From Escherichia coli (GTDB lineage: Bacteria; Pseudomonadota; Gammaproteobacteria; Enterobacterales; Enterobacteriaceae), in assembly GCF_030384885.1 (NCBI RefSeq), contig NZ_CP128613.1: 64,000 bases of DNA. One strand, 5' to 3'. Made by a program: the position numbers and the translations under genes. Positions within the stretch are counted from its first letter, which is position 1. Every line of letters starts with the position of its first letter. The notes under the pieces are model-generated. The model worked only from the letters and a program-made list of their open reading frames with translations, did no database searches and had not been told where the DNA came from. Below, piece by piece: positions 1 to 11,932 of the stretch.

Positions 1-271
1 ACTGGCGTCTCAAGGCACATAAACACAAAAAAAGATTAATATTTTACTGTTTTATTTTGATGCGGGTTGAAAGAGGTAGAATCAAATCCTCGTAAATTGA
101 AATATATATTGATAGAGTGAATGTATTTTAGGTAAATAATAAATGTTATTTATTTGACGATTTATAGCAACTCAATATTAGCCTCTCGTATAAATATACA
201 TTAGGTGATAGATTAACCTTCGCTATTTTCTCATCCTGTGTCGAATATATTTATTTCCTGAATAATTAATC

Positions 272-934
272 ATGGCAAAAAGAACCAAAGCTGAAGCCCT
301 GAAGACCCGGCAAGAACTGATTGAAACTGCCATCGCCCAGTTTGCGCAGCATGGCGTAAGCAAGACGACGCTCAACGACATTGCCGACGCCGCTAACGTT
401 ACGCGTGGCGCTATCTACTGGCACTTCGAGAACAAGACCCAACTGTTTAATGAGATGTGGTTGCAACAGCCTTCATTGCGGGAGTTAATCCAGGATCACT
501 TGACTGCTGGGTTAGAGCATGACCCGTTTCAGCAATTGCGTGAAAAATTGATTGTTGGCTTGCAATATATTGCCAAAATTCCCCGCCAGCAGGCGTTGCT
601 GAAAATCTTATATCACAAATGTGAATTTAATGATGAGATGCTGGCAGAGGGAGTGATACGCGAAAAGATGGGCTTTAATCCGCAGACTCTCCGCGAAGTA
701 TTGCAGGCATGTCAGCAACAAGGTTGTATAGCAAATAATCTCGATTTAGATGTTGTGATGATTATTATTGATGGTGCCTTCAGCGGAATTGTTCAAAACT
801 GGTTAATGAATATGGCGGGTTATGATCTTTATAAACAAGCACCCGCACTGGTCGATAACGTATTAAGAATGTTCATGCCAGATGAAAACATAACGAAATT
901 AATTCATCAAACGAATGAATTAAGTGTCATATAA
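272..934 (+). CDS. envR: TetR-family transcriptional repressor (EnvR/AcrS)
   Basis: 220 aa ORF with an N-terminal TetR-type HTH (TLNDIADAANVTRGAIYWHF); position next to yhdU-yhdJ-fis matches the envR locus by recall. Confidence 0.88.
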   Translation: MAKRTKAEALKTRQELIETAIAQFAQHGVSKTTLNDIADAANVTRGAIYWHFENKTQLFNEMWLQQPSLRELIQDHLTAGLEHDPFQQLREKLIVGLQYIAKIPRQQALLKILYHKCEFNDEMLAEGVIREKMGFNPQTLREVLQACQQQGCIANNLDLDVVMIIIDGAFSGIVQNWLMNMAGYDLYKQAPALVDNVLRMFMPDENITKLIHQTNELSVI

Positions 935-936
935 AT

Positions 937-1116
937 TCACATTCTGTCCTGAAAATTCAGTTCGTCACAGTTAACCAGTTTTAGTGGATTAACTGAGTTC
1001 ATATTGCGACATTTGTCTGTTTCTGTTGCCAGCAGTTCAATCCACTGCATCAGTAAGGTATCAAACAGAAAAACAGAGATAGCGAAAACGACGAGCCACC
1101 AATACTTGCGAATCAT
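937..1116 (-). CDS. yhdU: small inner-membrane protein YhdU
   Basis: ORF 937..1143; internal start chosen to give 59 aa (MIRKYWWLVVFAISVFLFDTLLMQW...) with one hydrophobic helix; start assigned from memory of the K-12 length. Confidence 0.55.
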   Translation of the reverse strand: MIRKYWWLVVFAISVFLFDTLLMQWIELLATETDKCRNMNSVNPLKLVNCDELNFQDRM

Positions 1117-1199
1117 TACCTGAGCCTGCGCATGTTTAACCAAGTCTGGCAGGAAATATACACGAAATGAATAATCTGAAAACCAGGCTTACACTTCCT

Positions 1200-2084
1200 T
1201 TACTTTGCAATGAGATCGGGGTCAACTTCGCTTAACCGGCTTCGTTTTGACAGGTTGCCGGTCTTTCTTTTTTTCACTTTCGCCAGTTCTTCCGCAGAGT
1301 AATGCGACGCGACATCCAGCCGTCGAAGCCCCATCTTGATGTACTCACTGTTAATCTCAATACCAATAAATTTTCGCCCGCTGGCGGCGGCTACGGCACC
1401 GGTAGTAAAGCTACCGGCAAACGGGTCGAGAACGATATCGCCTGGGTTGGAAGAGGCGAGAATAATGCGTTTCAGTAAGGCTTCCGGTTTTTGCGTCGGG
1501 TGATTCTCATATTCATCCATCAAATAACGCACGCGCGGAAAATCCCAGACGTTACCCGGTACTTTTTGATGATTGTAAGGCTGTGGAGGATTTTTGCGAT
1601 AATCGATCAACGCGCGCTGCGATCCGGTTTTGGCTTCTACCAGAATAGCATCACCGTTGAACGTGTAGTTCTTTGCGTCTTTCACCATCATCAGGATGGG
1701 TTCGTACATGGAGCCGTAGTGTTTTTTCGCCTGCACTCCAGAACTGTCATATGACCAGACGATGCGACTTTTGATGGTAAAAAGCTTGCGGCACTGGAGA
1801 TCGATAAAGGGCATGTTTTCCGTGCTGTTCATGATGTACATGCTGCCCTGCTTTTTCAGAACGCGGTGGCACTCTGCAATCACTTCAAACAGCCAGTCGA
1901 TAAACAGATCTTCTTTCCAGGCTTCGATCAGACCATCAAAATTTTTACCGATGTTATACGGTGGGTCGGCAAAGATTAGATCTACACTTTCGGCGGGGAT
2001 CTTTTTAAGTTCGGTTAATGCATCACCCTGGATGATGGTCTTTGCTTCATTACCAAATCGGGTCGGTTCACATCCTGTTCTCAT
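1200..2084 (-). CDS. yhdJ: DNA adenine methyltransferase YhdJ
   Basis: ORF 1200..2090; N6-adenine methyltransferase motif DPPY (IFADPPYNIG) and SAM-binding region (VLDPFAGSFTTG); start taken at the third codon to give 294 aa. Confidence 0.85.
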   Translation of the reverse strand: MRTGCEPTRFGNEAKTIIQGDALTELKKIPAESVDLIFADPPYNIGKNFDGLIEAWKEDLFIDWLFEVIAECHRVLKKQGSMYIMNSTENMPFIDLQCRKLFTIKSRIVWSYDSSGVQAKKHYGSMYEPILMMVKDAKNYTFNGDAILVEAKTGSQRALIDYRKNPPQPYNHQKVPGNVWDFPRVRYLMDEYENHPTQKPEALLKRIILASSNPGDIVLDPFAGSFTTGAVAAASGRKFIGIEINSEYIKMGLRRLDVASHYSAEELAKVKKRKTGNLSKRSRLSEVDPDLIAK

Positions 2085-2109
2085 GGTCACTCCCTTTGTG
2101 ACACTTATA

Positions 2110-2147
2110 AAAAAGGCGCTTCCCCATGCCGAGTAGCGCCTTTTTAA
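2110..2147 (-). terminator. Rho-independent terminator downstream of fis
   Basis: GC hairpin aggcgct...agcgcct flanked by A/T runs (aaaaaggcgcttccccatgccgagtagcgcctttttaat), just beyond the fis stop. Confidence 0.6.
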
Positions 2148-2169
2148 TCAAGCATTTAGCTAACCTGAA

Positions 2170-2466
2170 TTAGTTCATGCCGTATTTTTTCAATTTTTTA
2201 CGCAGCGTACCACGGTTGATGCCCATCATCAGCGCAGCACGGGTCTGGTTACCACGGGTGTATTGCATCACCATGTCCAACAGGGGCTGTTCTACTTCAG
2301 CCAGTACCAGCTCATAGAGGTCATTCACATCCTGACCATTCAGTTGAGCAAAATAGTTCTTCAGTGCCTGTTTAACCGAGTCACGCAGGGGTTTTTGGGT
2401 TACCTGATCCTGAGAGTTAACGGTAGAAACGGTCAGTACGTCAGAATTTACGCGTTGTTCGAACAT
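2170..2466 (-). CDS. fis: nucleoid-associated protein Fis
   Basis: 98 aa; the sequence [98 protein letters not shown] matches Fis by recall. Confidence 0.97.
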
Positions 2467-2491
2467 AGTTCTGTCAGCTCTTTATTTCTGT

Positions 2492-3457
2492 TTACGCAAA
2501 ATTTTCGAAGTATGCCTCCAACGCCTCCAGCTGTTCGCTGGCATCCTCAATGGCGTTGAATGTGCGCCGAAACTGGTCATTTGGAGCGTGTTCCTGGAGA
2601 TACCAGGAAACGTGTTTACGTGCAATTCGGTACCCTTTTGCCGGACCATAAAAGTCATGCAGTTCCCGAACGTGCGCGCAAAGCAAGCGCTTAACCTCTG
2701 CCAAAGGCAGCGGGGGCAGCAACTCCCCAGTGTCCAGATAATGCTGGATTTCCCGAAAGATCCAGGGTCTTCCCTGAGCTGCGCGGCCTATCATCAGGGC
2801 ATCCGCCCCTGTATAGTCGAGCACAGCTCTGGCTTTAAGCGGGTCAGTAATGTCGCCATTCGCGATAACCGGAATGGAAACTTTCTGCTTAACTGCCCGA
2901 ATACTGTCGTACTCAGCTTCTCCATTGAACAAACAGGCGCGTGTTCGGCCATGAATGGTCAGAGCCTGAATGCCACAGTCTTCAGCCAGTTGGGCAATCT
3001 CTTCGCAGTTACGGTGTTCCGGCGCCCAGCCGGTGCGAATCTTCAGGGTAACAGGAACGTCCACTGCATTGACGACCTCGGTAAGGATCGATTTAACGAC
3101 ATCCGGGTACTGCAAGAGGGCTGAACCTGCGAGCTTGCGATTCACTTTTTTAGCCGGGCAACCCATATTGATATCAATAATCTGGGCACCGCTTTCCACG
3201 TTAATACGTGCTGCATCTGCCATTTCTTTCGGATCGCTACCAGCAATTTGCACGGTGCGAATACCGGGTTCATCAATGTGCACCATCCGTAAACGAGATT
3301 TGTCGCTTTCCCAAACCTGTGGGTTAGAAGACATCATCTCGGATACTGTCAATCCGGCTCCCATCTCGTAGCACAACGTCCGAAAAGGTCTGTCTGTAAT
3401 GCCAGCCATGGGCGCTGCGATCAGGCGATTTCTGAGCTGATATTGTCCGATGCGCAT
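2492..3457 (-). CDS. dusB: tRNA-dihydrouridine synthase B
   Basis: 321 aa TIM-barrel Dus family ([26 protein letters not shown]...); directly upstream of fis as in the dusB-fis operon. Confidence 0.95.
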   Translation of the reverse strand: MRIGQYQLRNRLIAAPMAGITDRPFRTLCYEMGAGLTVSEMMSSNPQVWESDKSRLRMVHIDEPGIRTVQIAGSDPKEMADAARINVESGAQIIDINMGCPAKKVNRKLAGSALLQYPDVVKSILTEVVNAVDVPVTLKIRTGWAPEHRNCEEIAQLAEDCGIQALTIHGRTRACLFNGEAEYDSIRAVKQKVSIPVIANGDITDPLKARAVLDYTGADALMIGRAAQGRPWIFREIQHYLDTGELLPPLPLAEVKRLLCAHVRELHDFYGPAKGYRIARKHVSWYLQEHAPNDQFRRTFNAIEDASEQLEALEAYFENFA

Positions 3458-3785
3458 GAGTTAAGAAATGACCATACTGTGACTGCAAGGCGGCGTATAT
3501 TACGCATTTTTTGCACGAGATGAAAGGCCAAACTTTGACCAATCCTCTGAGATGGATCAAAGAATTGCATTTAAAATGAGCTTAGCGCGATAATTACTCA
3601 TAAAAATCATTATATTAGAAAATAGTGACTAAAATTTACACTCCAAGAAATTTGAGTAAGTTCTCAATTTTTCTTTATGAATGAAAATTTTGGCACGCAA
3701 ATCTGCGTAAATAATCGGCAAATTAACGTGCCTTTTGTGACCTTGCTCGCACTTCGCCTTGCGTCACCATACGGCGATGCGAAGG
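3458..3785 (-). promoter_or_regulatory. dusB-fis promoter / upstream regulatory region
   Basis: 328 bp intergenic region upstream of dusB with an A/T-rich stretch (about 3560-3700); known from the literature to carry the Fis-autoregulated promoter. Individual sites not mapped here. Confidence 0.5.
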
Positions 3786-4667
3786 TTAATTCTTACGACC
3801 GGTAATGCGGCACCACTCTTCTTTTTCCACGACCGGGTCCAGAGCGAAGCTGTCGGCATAAGCTTCACAAACGCTCTCTGCCTGGCTTGCCAGAATACCG
3901 GAAAGGCCCAGCAAGCCACCTGAAACCGGCAGGACGCTGATTAACGGTGCCAGTTCACGTAATGGGCCTGCAAGGATGTTAGCGACCACCACGTCGGCTT
4001 TCATTTCTTCTGGCTGATCTTTAGGTAGGTAGAGCTCCAGACGGTCAGAAACGCCATTACGTTCGGCGTTGTCGCGGCTGGCCTGAATCGCCTGCGGATC
4101 AATATCAATACCAATGGCTTTTGCTGCACCCAGTTTCAGCGCCGCGATAGCCAGAATGCCGGAACCACAGCCAAAGTCGATGACCGTTTTACCGGTTAAA
4201 TCGAGGCTGTCGAGCCATTGCAGGCACAGAGAGGTGGTTGGATGAGTCCCTGTACCAAACGCCAGCCCTGGGTCTAACATCACGTTAACGGCGTTTTCGT
4301 CCGGCACATCACGCCAGCTTGGGCAGATCCACAGTCGTTCACCAAAGCGCATCGGGTGGAAATTATCCATCCATTCGCGCTCCCAGTCTTTATCTTCCAG
4401 TTGTTCGATTTTGTGCGCGAAGCCTGCGCCGAGCAGCGGATGATTCTCCAGAATCGCCACTACTTCATTCATGTCGGTTTCAGCATCGAACAGACCAATC
4501 ACATCGGTGTCGCCCCACAGGCGCGTTTCGCCCGGAAGCGGCTCAAATACAGGCGTATCGTGGGTATCCTGAAAAGTGATAGAAACGGCACCCGCTTCCA
4601 TCAGCGCATCGCTAAGATCTTCAGCATTCGCGCCGGTAGTGTTCAGTTTCAGTTGGATCCAAGGCAT
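3786..4667 (-). CDS. prmA: ribosomal protein L11 methyltransferase
   Basis: 293 aa with a SAM-methyltransferase motif ([20 protein letters not shown]); conserved position downstream of panF. Confidence 0.95.
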   Translation of the reverse strand: MPWIQLKLNTTGANAEDLSDALMEAGAVSITFQDTHDTPVFEPLPGETRLWGDTDVIGLFDAETDMNEVVAILENHPLLGAGFAHKIEQLEDKDWEREWMDNFHPMRFGERLWICPSWRDVPDENAVNVMLDPGLAFGTGTHPTTSLCLQWLDSLDLTGKTVIDFGCGSGILAIAALKLGAAKAIGIDIDPQAIQASRDNAERNGVSDRLELYLPKDQPEEMKADVVVANILAGPLRELAPLISVLPVSGGLLGLSGILASQAESVCEAYADSFALDPVVEKEEWCRITGRKN

Positions 4668-4678
4668 GGCAAAACTCT

Positions 4679-6130
4679 TTATTTATCAGTAGTCAAAACG
4701 GTAGCTTGCGGGACGGACGTACCGAAACGGTTTCCGACCAGGAAAGCCAGCAAACTTAGCAGTAACGAGGGCACGATAGGGTGGAAGCCCAGGTACTGAA
4801 TATTCAGGGTCGCAAGTACGGCATACAGCACGCCGCCAACGATCATCGCACTTAGCGCGCCTTTGGCGTTAGCGCGTTCCCAGTAAAGACCCAGCACCAG
4901 CGGCCACAGGAAGACAGCTTCCAGCCCACCGAAGGCCAGCAAATTCAGCCAGATGATCATTTCAGGCGGCTTCCATGCAGCAAGCAGCAGCAACGCGCCG
5001 AGAATCAACGTAATCACCGCCGACATCCGCTTCAGGCGCGTCTCGTTTTGCATTTGATCCGGACGGATATTCAGATAGAGATCTTTAATGATCGTAGCGG
5101 AACTTTGCAGCAATTGGGCGTTGATCGTCGACATGATCGCAGCCATAGGAGCTGCAAGGAAGATCCCGGCAGCAAATGGTGGCAATACTTTTACCATCAA
5201 CGTCGGGATCACCAGGTCCGGTACGGTGAGATCGGGGATCACTGCACGACCTAATGCTCCGGCCAGGTGCATACCGAACATCAGGATTGCGACCACAATC
5301 GTACCGATGATGATCCCCCGATGTACGGCTTTGCTGTCTTTATAAGAGATACAGCGCACCGCAGTATGCGGCAGGCCAATCACGCCAAAACACACCAGCA
5401 CCCAGAACGACGTCATAAACGCAGGTGACAGAATATCGTCAGCGCCTTGTGGCGTAACCAGTTGCGGATCGATGGTTTGCAGCGTCTCTACTGCATTGCT
5501 TAAGCCGCCAGCAGCATGGACCACGCCAATAAGCAGCACAATGGTGCCAATCAGCATCACCAGCCCTTGCATGGTGTCGTTCAGCACGCTGGCGCGAAAG
5601 CCGCCAAAGGCGGTGTAGAGCGCAATGCTGATGCCAAAAATCAGCAAACCTGTTTCATAAGGGATACCCGCCGCGGTTTCCAGCAGGCGCGCACCGCCGA
5701 TAAACTGCACGGTCATCGCACCAACGAACGCAACCAGCAAACTCAAACTCGCCAGCCACACCAGCAGGCGACTCTGGTAGCGGGCAAACAGCATATCGTT
5801 CAGCGTCACCGCATTGTAGCGGCGCGCGAGAATCGCGAACTTCTTGCCGAGAATACCGAGCGAAAGCCAGACCGCAGGTAGCTGAATCATTGCCAGCAAT
5901 ACCCAACCCAGGCCGTATTTATAAGCAGCTCCTGGCCCGCCGATAAACGAACTGGCACTGATATAGGTCGCGGTGAGCGTCATCGCCAGCACAATACCGC
6001 CCATAGAACGGCTGCCGAGGAAATACTCATTGAGGAAGGTGCCGGTGTTCCGTTTACGCATTGCATAAACTGAAATCCCGAACACCACCACCAGATAGGC
6101 GACCAGCGGTAGAATCACTTCAAGCTGCAT
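4679..6130 (-). CDS. panF: sodium/pantothenate symporter
   Basis: ORF 4679..6136; multi-TM SSS-family transporter; start taken at [13 protein letters not shown] to give 483 aa. Confidence 0.9.
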   Translation of the reverse strand: MQLEVILPLVAYLVVVFGISVYAMRKRNTGTFLNEYFLGSRSMGGIVLAMTLTATYISASSFIGGPGAAYKYGLGWVLLAMIQLPAVWLSLGILGKKFAILARRYNAVTLNDMLFARYQSRLLVWLASLSLLVAFVGAMTVQFIGGARLLETAAGIPYETGLLIFGISIALYTAFGGFRASVLNDTMQGLVMLIGTIVLLIGVVHAAGGLSNAVETLQTIDPQLVTPQGADDILSPAFMTSFWVLVCFGVIGLPHTAVRCISYKDSKAVHRGIIIGTIVVAILMFGMHLAGALGRAVIPDLTVPDLVIPTLMVKVLPPFAAGIFLAAPMAAIMSTINAQLLQSSATIIKDLYLNIRPDQMQNETRLKRMSAVITLILGALLLLAAWKPPEMIIWLNLLAFGGLEAVFLWPLVLGLYWERANAKGALSAMIVGGVLYAVLATLNIQYLGFHPIVPSLLLSLLAFLVGNRFGTSVPQATVLTTDK

Positions 6131-6380
6131 CGTCATCCTCCAGCGGGATATCGCGATAGATAAATTTCACCATCGCCCAGCACAGTCCAATAAACAGCAG
6201 CGGCGTCAGGATGCAAGCCATCTCAAACCAGCGTGGAAAGCCGGTAAAACCGGAGGTAACGCCAGGTAAGTAAGCGGCTACTAACCATACCGCCAGATAC
6301 AAAAGGGTCAGCCCCAGCGCCCAGCGCGCCTCTTTATGGGCCTGAACAAAACGAGTGTCCACGGAAGGGGTCCTCCTCAT
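6120..6380 (-). CDS. yhdT: small membrane protein YhdT (DUF997)
   Basis: Small two-TM ORF overlapping the panF start; an alternative GTG start at 6362 would give 80 aa. Confidence 0.75.
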   Translation of the reverse strand: MRRTPSVDTRFVQAHKEARWALGLTLLYLAVWLVAAYLPGVTSGFTGFPRWFEMACILTPLLFIGLCWAMVKFIYRDIPLEDDDAA

Positions 6381-6454
6381 GGGGGGATACGAGAAACGGG
6401 CAATTCTACGGCAACTCTTCAGGCAGGGAAAATAATCTGACAGAAAATTGCCGT

Positions 6455-7411
6455 TCAGTGCTCCTGCAAAAAGTCTTCAATGTCAGCCAGTGAGGATACC
6501 CCTTCCATCGGACCTTGCCGCATTACCGCGAGCGCGCCGCTGGCATTTGCATATTGCAGCGCCTTGTGTGCCGGGATACCGGATAAGAAAAGAGTGACAA
6601 ACGTTGCGCCAAAGCAGTCGCCTGCACCCGTTGGATCGATTATTTCGATATCGTGGCCTGCAACATGCTTGGCGTGTAATGTTCCGTTTTTAAGCTTGTA
6701 ATAGCTGGCCCCACGCTGGGCGCGTTTTATCGCCACATGTTTTACGCCGCCGTGGAGAAGATCGCTAACAATCTGTTCTTCTGACAGATTTTTGTGACGC
6801 GCGAAGAAAGGGAGTTCGCTTTCGCTGGGGATAAAAATATCCGTATATTCAATCAAATAATCGAGAGCCTGCGCCATTTCAGGAATACTCAGCATCTCTT
6901 TGCGAATATTGGGATCGAAAGAAACGGTGCCGCCAGCCGATTTGATCGTCGTTATTGCTTTACGCATGACATCGATCATGCGAAATGAGAACAATGATGA
7001 GCCCACAATATGCAGATGGTTACACTGTTTTAGCAGATCCTTATCAATGTGCTCGGCAGTAAACAAACCGCAGGCGCTGTTAGGGATATTAAAGACGAAA
7101 TCCCGCTGCTGTGGATTTTGATAACTTACGAACGCCGTACCTGTCACGGCATTGTTCATCACGTGGATCCCATCGGTAATGACACCTTCATGACGAAGAC
7201 GTTCTACAATGAGTCGGCCAAAATCATCATTACCAACACATCCGAAGAAGATGGCCCGATGGGACAGTTTTGCCACTTGAGCTGCAAAAATTGCAGGCGC
7301 ACCGCTAGGAAATGGCCCGATAAACTCCCCCGGCTGAGTGAATTTTTGATGTGGGTTGCGGGACAAAAACTCGGCCAGCAATTCGCCCATAGCGCAGATA
7401 GTTATTGTCAC
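6455..7411 (-). CDS. pfkB-family carbohydrate kinase (island kinase 1)
   Basis: ORF 6455..7465; GTG start at 7409-7411 preferred because it has a GAGAGGGG Shine-Dalgarno and aligns with the paralog at 12944..13906; ribokinase/pfkB signature DPTGAGDCFG near the C-terminus. Confidence 0.8.
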   Translation of the reverse strand: MTITICAMGELLAEFLSRNPHQKFTQPGEFIGPFPSGAPAIFAAQVAKLSHRAIFFGCVGNDDFGRLIVERLRHEGVITDGIHVMNNAVTGTAFVSYQNPQQRDFVFNIPNSACGLFTAEHIDKDLLKQCNHLHIVGSSLFSFRMIDVMRKAITTIKSAGGTVSFDPNIRKEMLSIPEMAQALDYLIEYTDIFIPSESELPFFARHKNLSEEQIVSDLLHGGVKHVAIKRAQRGASYYKLKNGTLHAKHVAGHDIEIIDPTGAGDCFGATFVTLFLSGIPAHKALQYANASGALAVMRQGPMEGVSSLADIEDFLQEH

Positions 7412-7421
7412 AAAACCCCTC

Positions 7422-8252
7422 TCATTCCTGAAGCCTTTCGCGATTGGACCAGGTAAAGCACTCATTACTGGTATAAAGGATAACGAAATCAGCCGACTGC
7501 AATTGTTGCTGATATTGTTCGTTAATGCTGCGGCTGACGATCACATTTTCTGCCTGATGCAAATGTCCAATGGCTGCCGTTGATGGCGCAGGATCGGCGG
7601 CAACGATAACTGTCTTATTCTGGGCATTATCGAAACAGAGCTGCCAGGCAGCGGCAAGTCTGGGAACGTTGATATTTAAAGTACCATCAGCATCCAGATG
7701 GCTGATTTCCAGAATGCTGTGTGTAATGGTGAAATGCTGAAGTGCCTGTTCGAGCGGTTTTCCGGCCAGTGCGGTGTCGGGGCGCAGCATTTCACTGCCA
7801 GCCAGTATTATTTCGCCATCAATAAACTGATTTGCCAGCAGCGCATGTTCGGGATCGTTGGTGATCAGACGCAGTTTTTTCACTTCGCTGAGCAATGGAA
7901 TGATCTTACGGCAGATTGTCCCATGTCCAAGAAATAGCGTGTCACGATCCCGAATTAACCGTGCGCAATGTCGTGCTATTTCCATTTGTTGTGCCAGAGA
8001 CAATGGCGCGATCGGTTGTATCGCTTCTGGTTCAGAGGAGAGTGGTGTCGCAATAGCACCGCCAAATGATCGCTTTAAATATCCCTGTTGCTCCAGATAA
8101 CTGAGATCGCCGCGGATCGTCACGCCAGAGACACCAAGTTGCGCAGATAAGTCATCAACTTTGATTTCACCCTGGGCGGCAACAATTTCTGCAATTTTTA
8201 ATCTGCGTTTCAGTAGGTTAGACGATTTTCTCGGCACGTTAACACTCTTCAT
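7422..8252 (-). CDS. DeoR-family transcriptional regulator
   Basis: 276 aa; N-terminal DeoR-type HTH region (RRLKIAEIVAAQGEIKVDDLSAQLGVSGVTIRGDLSYLEQQGYLKRSFGGA) followed by a DeoR-C sugar-phosphate-binding domain. Confidence 0.85.
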   Translation of the reverse strand: MKSVNVPRKSSNLLKRRLKIAEIVAAQGEIKVDDLSAQLGVSGVTIRGDLSYLEQQGYLKRSFGGAIATPLSSEPEAIQPIAPLSLAQQMEIARHCARLIRDRDTLFLGHGTICRKIIPLLSEVKKLRLITNDPEHALLANQFIDGEIILAGSEMLRPDTALAGKPLEQALQHFTITHSILEISHLDADGTLNINVPRLAAAWQLCFDNAQNKTVIVAADPAPSTAAIGHLHQAENVIVSRSINEQYQQQLQSADFVILYTSNECFTWSNRERLQE

Positions 8253-8420
8253 TGGCCTTTAATGCGTAACACTATAGCCCCTTGTATTTTTCTTTGAAAG
8301 TTACCCTTCAATAATATCGACAATTCGAAAATAAAAGCATAGGGCAAAAATTGCAGCAAAAATAGCTTAATGCATTGAAAATAAATGAATATTTCCATAT
8401 CTGTCCAAAGGCATCATTGG

Positions 8421-9447
<1,027 letters not shown>

Positions 9448-9481
9448 GACGTTGTACCCTACAAAACAATGAGGATTGTTT

Positions 9482-10372
9482 ATGAAAAATATTAAATTAC
9501 TTGGTTCCGCTATGATGGTGAGCCTGGCATTGTTCTCGCAAAGTTCATTGGCAAAAGAGTATAAAATTGGAGCTTCATTATTAACACAGCAACACCCTTT
9601 TTATATCGACCTCGCAAATGCAATGAAAGAAGAGGCGAAAAAAGACAATGTCAATTTAAGTGTCTCTATTGCCAATCAGGATTTAAACAAACAGCTTTCT
9701 GATGTTGAGGATTTTATTACTAAAAAGGTAGATGCCATTATTATCTCTCCAGTCGATTCGAAAGGTGTCCAGGCAGCGATAATTAAAGCCGATAAGGCTG
9801 GTATTCCCGTTATCACCGTTGACGTTGCCGCGGAAGGCGTTCCGGTCGTATCGCATGTTGCGACCGATAATTACGCGGGAGGCGTTGAAGCTGGTAAGTT
9901 AATGGGCAAACTTTTGAATGGTAAAGGTACTGTAGCCATTATTTCTTATCCTGCACTACAATCGGTGGTTGCGCGCGTTGATGGTTTTAAGAAAGGGTTA
10001 AGCGAGACACCGGATATTAAAATTGTTGCTGAACAGCTAGGTATAACGCGGGCTGAAGCGTTAACGACTGCGCAAAACATTATGCAGGCCAACGCCAACC
10101 TGAATGGTCTGTTTGGCTTTGGTGATGATGCGGCGTTGGCAGCGGTTATCGCAGCGAAATCTGCGCATAACGACAACATCAAAATCATTGGTTTTGACGG
10201 CATGAAAGAAGCGCGTGATGCCGTTGACAGTGAAAAAACGTTTGCGGCCGTGATTCGGCAATATCCCTATCAAATGGGTGCTAAAGCCATTGATGCTGCT
10301 GTTGATCACCTCAATGGTAAACCGGTAGAAAAAATGATCCCGGTACAACCCGGCGTTTATACAGGTAAATAA
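9482..10372 (+). CDS. periplasmic sugar-binding protein of ABC transporter (PBP1, CUT2 family)
   Basis: ORF 9476..10372; ATG at 9482 has a GAGGA Shine-Dalgarno; signal peptide MKNIKLLGSAMMVSLALFSQSSLA followed by a ribose-binding-protein-like fold. Confidence 0.85.
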   Translation: MKNIKLLGSAMMVSLALFSQSSLAKEYKIGASLLTQQHPFYIDLANAMKEEAKKDNVNLSVSIANQDLNKQLSDVEDFITKKVDAIIISPVDSKGVQAAIIKADKAGIPVITVDVAAEGVPVVSHVATDNYAGGVEAGKLMGKLLNGKGTVAIISYPALQSVVARVDGFKKGLSETPDIKIVAEQLGITRAEALTTAQNIMQANANLNGLFGFGDDAALAAVIAAKSAHNDNIKIIGFDGMKEARDAVDSEKTFAAVIRQYPYQMGAKAIDAAVDHLNGKPVEKMIPVQPGVYTGK

Positions 10373-10387
10373 TAAACATCTTCATTT

Positions 10388-10418
10388 CACAACAAAACGT
10401 TATCGACGTTTTGTTGTG
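10388..10418 (+). other. inter-cistronic stem-loop between binding-protein and ATPase genes
   Basis: Perfect 12 bp inverted repeat cacaacaaaacg / cgttttgttgtg with a 7 nt loop, 15 bp downstream of the binding-protein stop. Confidence 0.45.
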
Positions 10419-10432
10419 ACACCGAGGTCATT

Positions 10433-11932
10433 ATGACGGATGTTATTCTTGATGTTTCGCATATTGCGAAGACATTTGGTCATGTTCAGGCATTAAAAGA
10501 TATTACCCTCTCTTTACGTAAAGGGCGGGTGCATACTTTATTAGGCGAGAATGGTGCCGGTAAATCGACATTAATGAAAATACTCGCCGGTGTTTATCCG
10601 CCAACCCAGGGAACGATAACACTACGTGGTGAAACCATCACCATTAATAATCCGCAGCATTCTCGCCAGTTAGGGATTGCGATTATTTTTCAGGAACTGA
10701 GCCTGAGTAATAATATGACCGTGGCGGAAAATATTTATGCCAATAATGAACCGCGACGTTTTGGCATTATTAACGATAAAAAAATGCTCGCAGATTGCCA
10801 GAATCTCCTCGCGGAACTGGGCATCCCACTGGATCCGCTGGAAATGGTCGGCAATATGTCGATGGCACATAGGCAACTGGTAGAAATTGCCAAAGCCTTA
10901 AGCTATGCAGCAGATGTCGTGATTATGGATGAACCGACATCTTCGCTAAGTGATAATGAAGCAGAGATTCTGTTTAACATTATTGAGAAATTAAAGCAGC
11001 GAGGTTGTGCGGTTATTTATATCTCTCATCGCATGGATGAAATTATGCGGATTTCAGATGATATTTCGGTGATCCGCGACGGTGAGTATATCGCTACGCA
11101 TGAAAAGAAAAACAGTGATATCCAGCATTTGATTGCCCAAATGGTTGGTCGGGAAATGAAAAATATTTGGCCAGCACGTCTTGGGGAAAAGCCGGATGAA
11201 AATGTTCCTGCAAAACTGGAAGTAAAAAACCTTTCCCATCCTTCGCTTTTTAAAGAGGTCAGTTTCGCTGTGCGTCCGGGGGAAGTCCTCGGATTTTTTG
11301 GCCTGGTGGGGGCCGGGCGTTCCGATGTGATGAAGGCGCTATTTGGCCTCGTTTCGTATCACGGGACTGTGTTGATTGATGGTAAGGAAGTCAGGATCGC
11401 TAATCCCAAACAGGCTATTGATCATGGCATTGCTTTTGTGACCGAAAACCGCAAGGAAGAAGGGTTAGTGCTGATGCACGACGTCAATATGAACACGCAC
11501 CATGTGGCGTTTCAATATAACGCTTCGCGGATGGGACTCATCAATCACCGACAAGAAGAGGCGAAGACGCTGCAATCTATTGCCAGAATGAACACTAAAG
11601 TGAGTTCAGTACATCAGGCAGTGGGAGCGCTGAGCGGCGGTAATCAACAGAAAATCGTGTTATCCAAGTGGCTGGAGAAAACTCCGCGTATTTTATTGCT
11701 CGATGAGCCAACGCGCGGAGTGGATGTCGGCGCAAAATTTGAAATCTATAACGTGATACGTCAACTGGCTGCGGCAGGGACAGCAATTATTCTGGTGTCC
11801 TCTGAACTGCCAGAGGTCATGGCACTTAGCGATCGTCTGGTGGTAATGCGTAATAAAACGATTGCCGATATTTATTCATGTGAAAATTTAACGCAGACAC
11901 AGGTAATGACCGCTGCAACAGGAGTACGTTAA
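10433..11932 (+). CDS. sugar ABC transporter ATP-binding protein (duplicated NBD, RbsA/AraG-like)
   Basis: 499 aa; two Walker A motifs (GENGAGKST, GLVGAGRS), ABC signature LSGGNQQK and Walker B LLLDEPT. Confidence 0.9.
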   Translation: MTDVILDVSHIAKTFGHVQALKDITLSLRKGRVHTLLGENGAGKSTLMKILAGVYPPTQGTITLRGETITINNPQHSRQLGIAIIFQELSLSNNMTVAENIYANNEPRRFGIINDKKMLADCQNLLAELGIPLDPLEMVGNMSMAHRQLVEIAKALSYAADVVIMDEPTSSLSDNEAEILFNIIEKLKQRGCAVIYISHRMDEIMRISDDISVIRDGEYIATHEKKNSDIQHLIAQMVGREMKNIWPARLGEKPDENVPAKLEVKNLSHPSLFKEVSFAVRPGEVLGFFGLVGAGRSDVMKALFGLVSYHGTVLIDGKEVRIANPKQAIDHGIAFVTENRKEEGLVLMHDVNMNTHHVAFQYNASRMGLINHRQEEAKTLQSIARMNTKVSSVHQAVGALSGGNQQKIVLSKWLEKTPRILLLDEPTRGVDVGAKFEIYNVIRQLAAAGTAIILVSSELPEVMALSDRLVVMRNKTIADIYSCENLTQTQVMTAATGVR

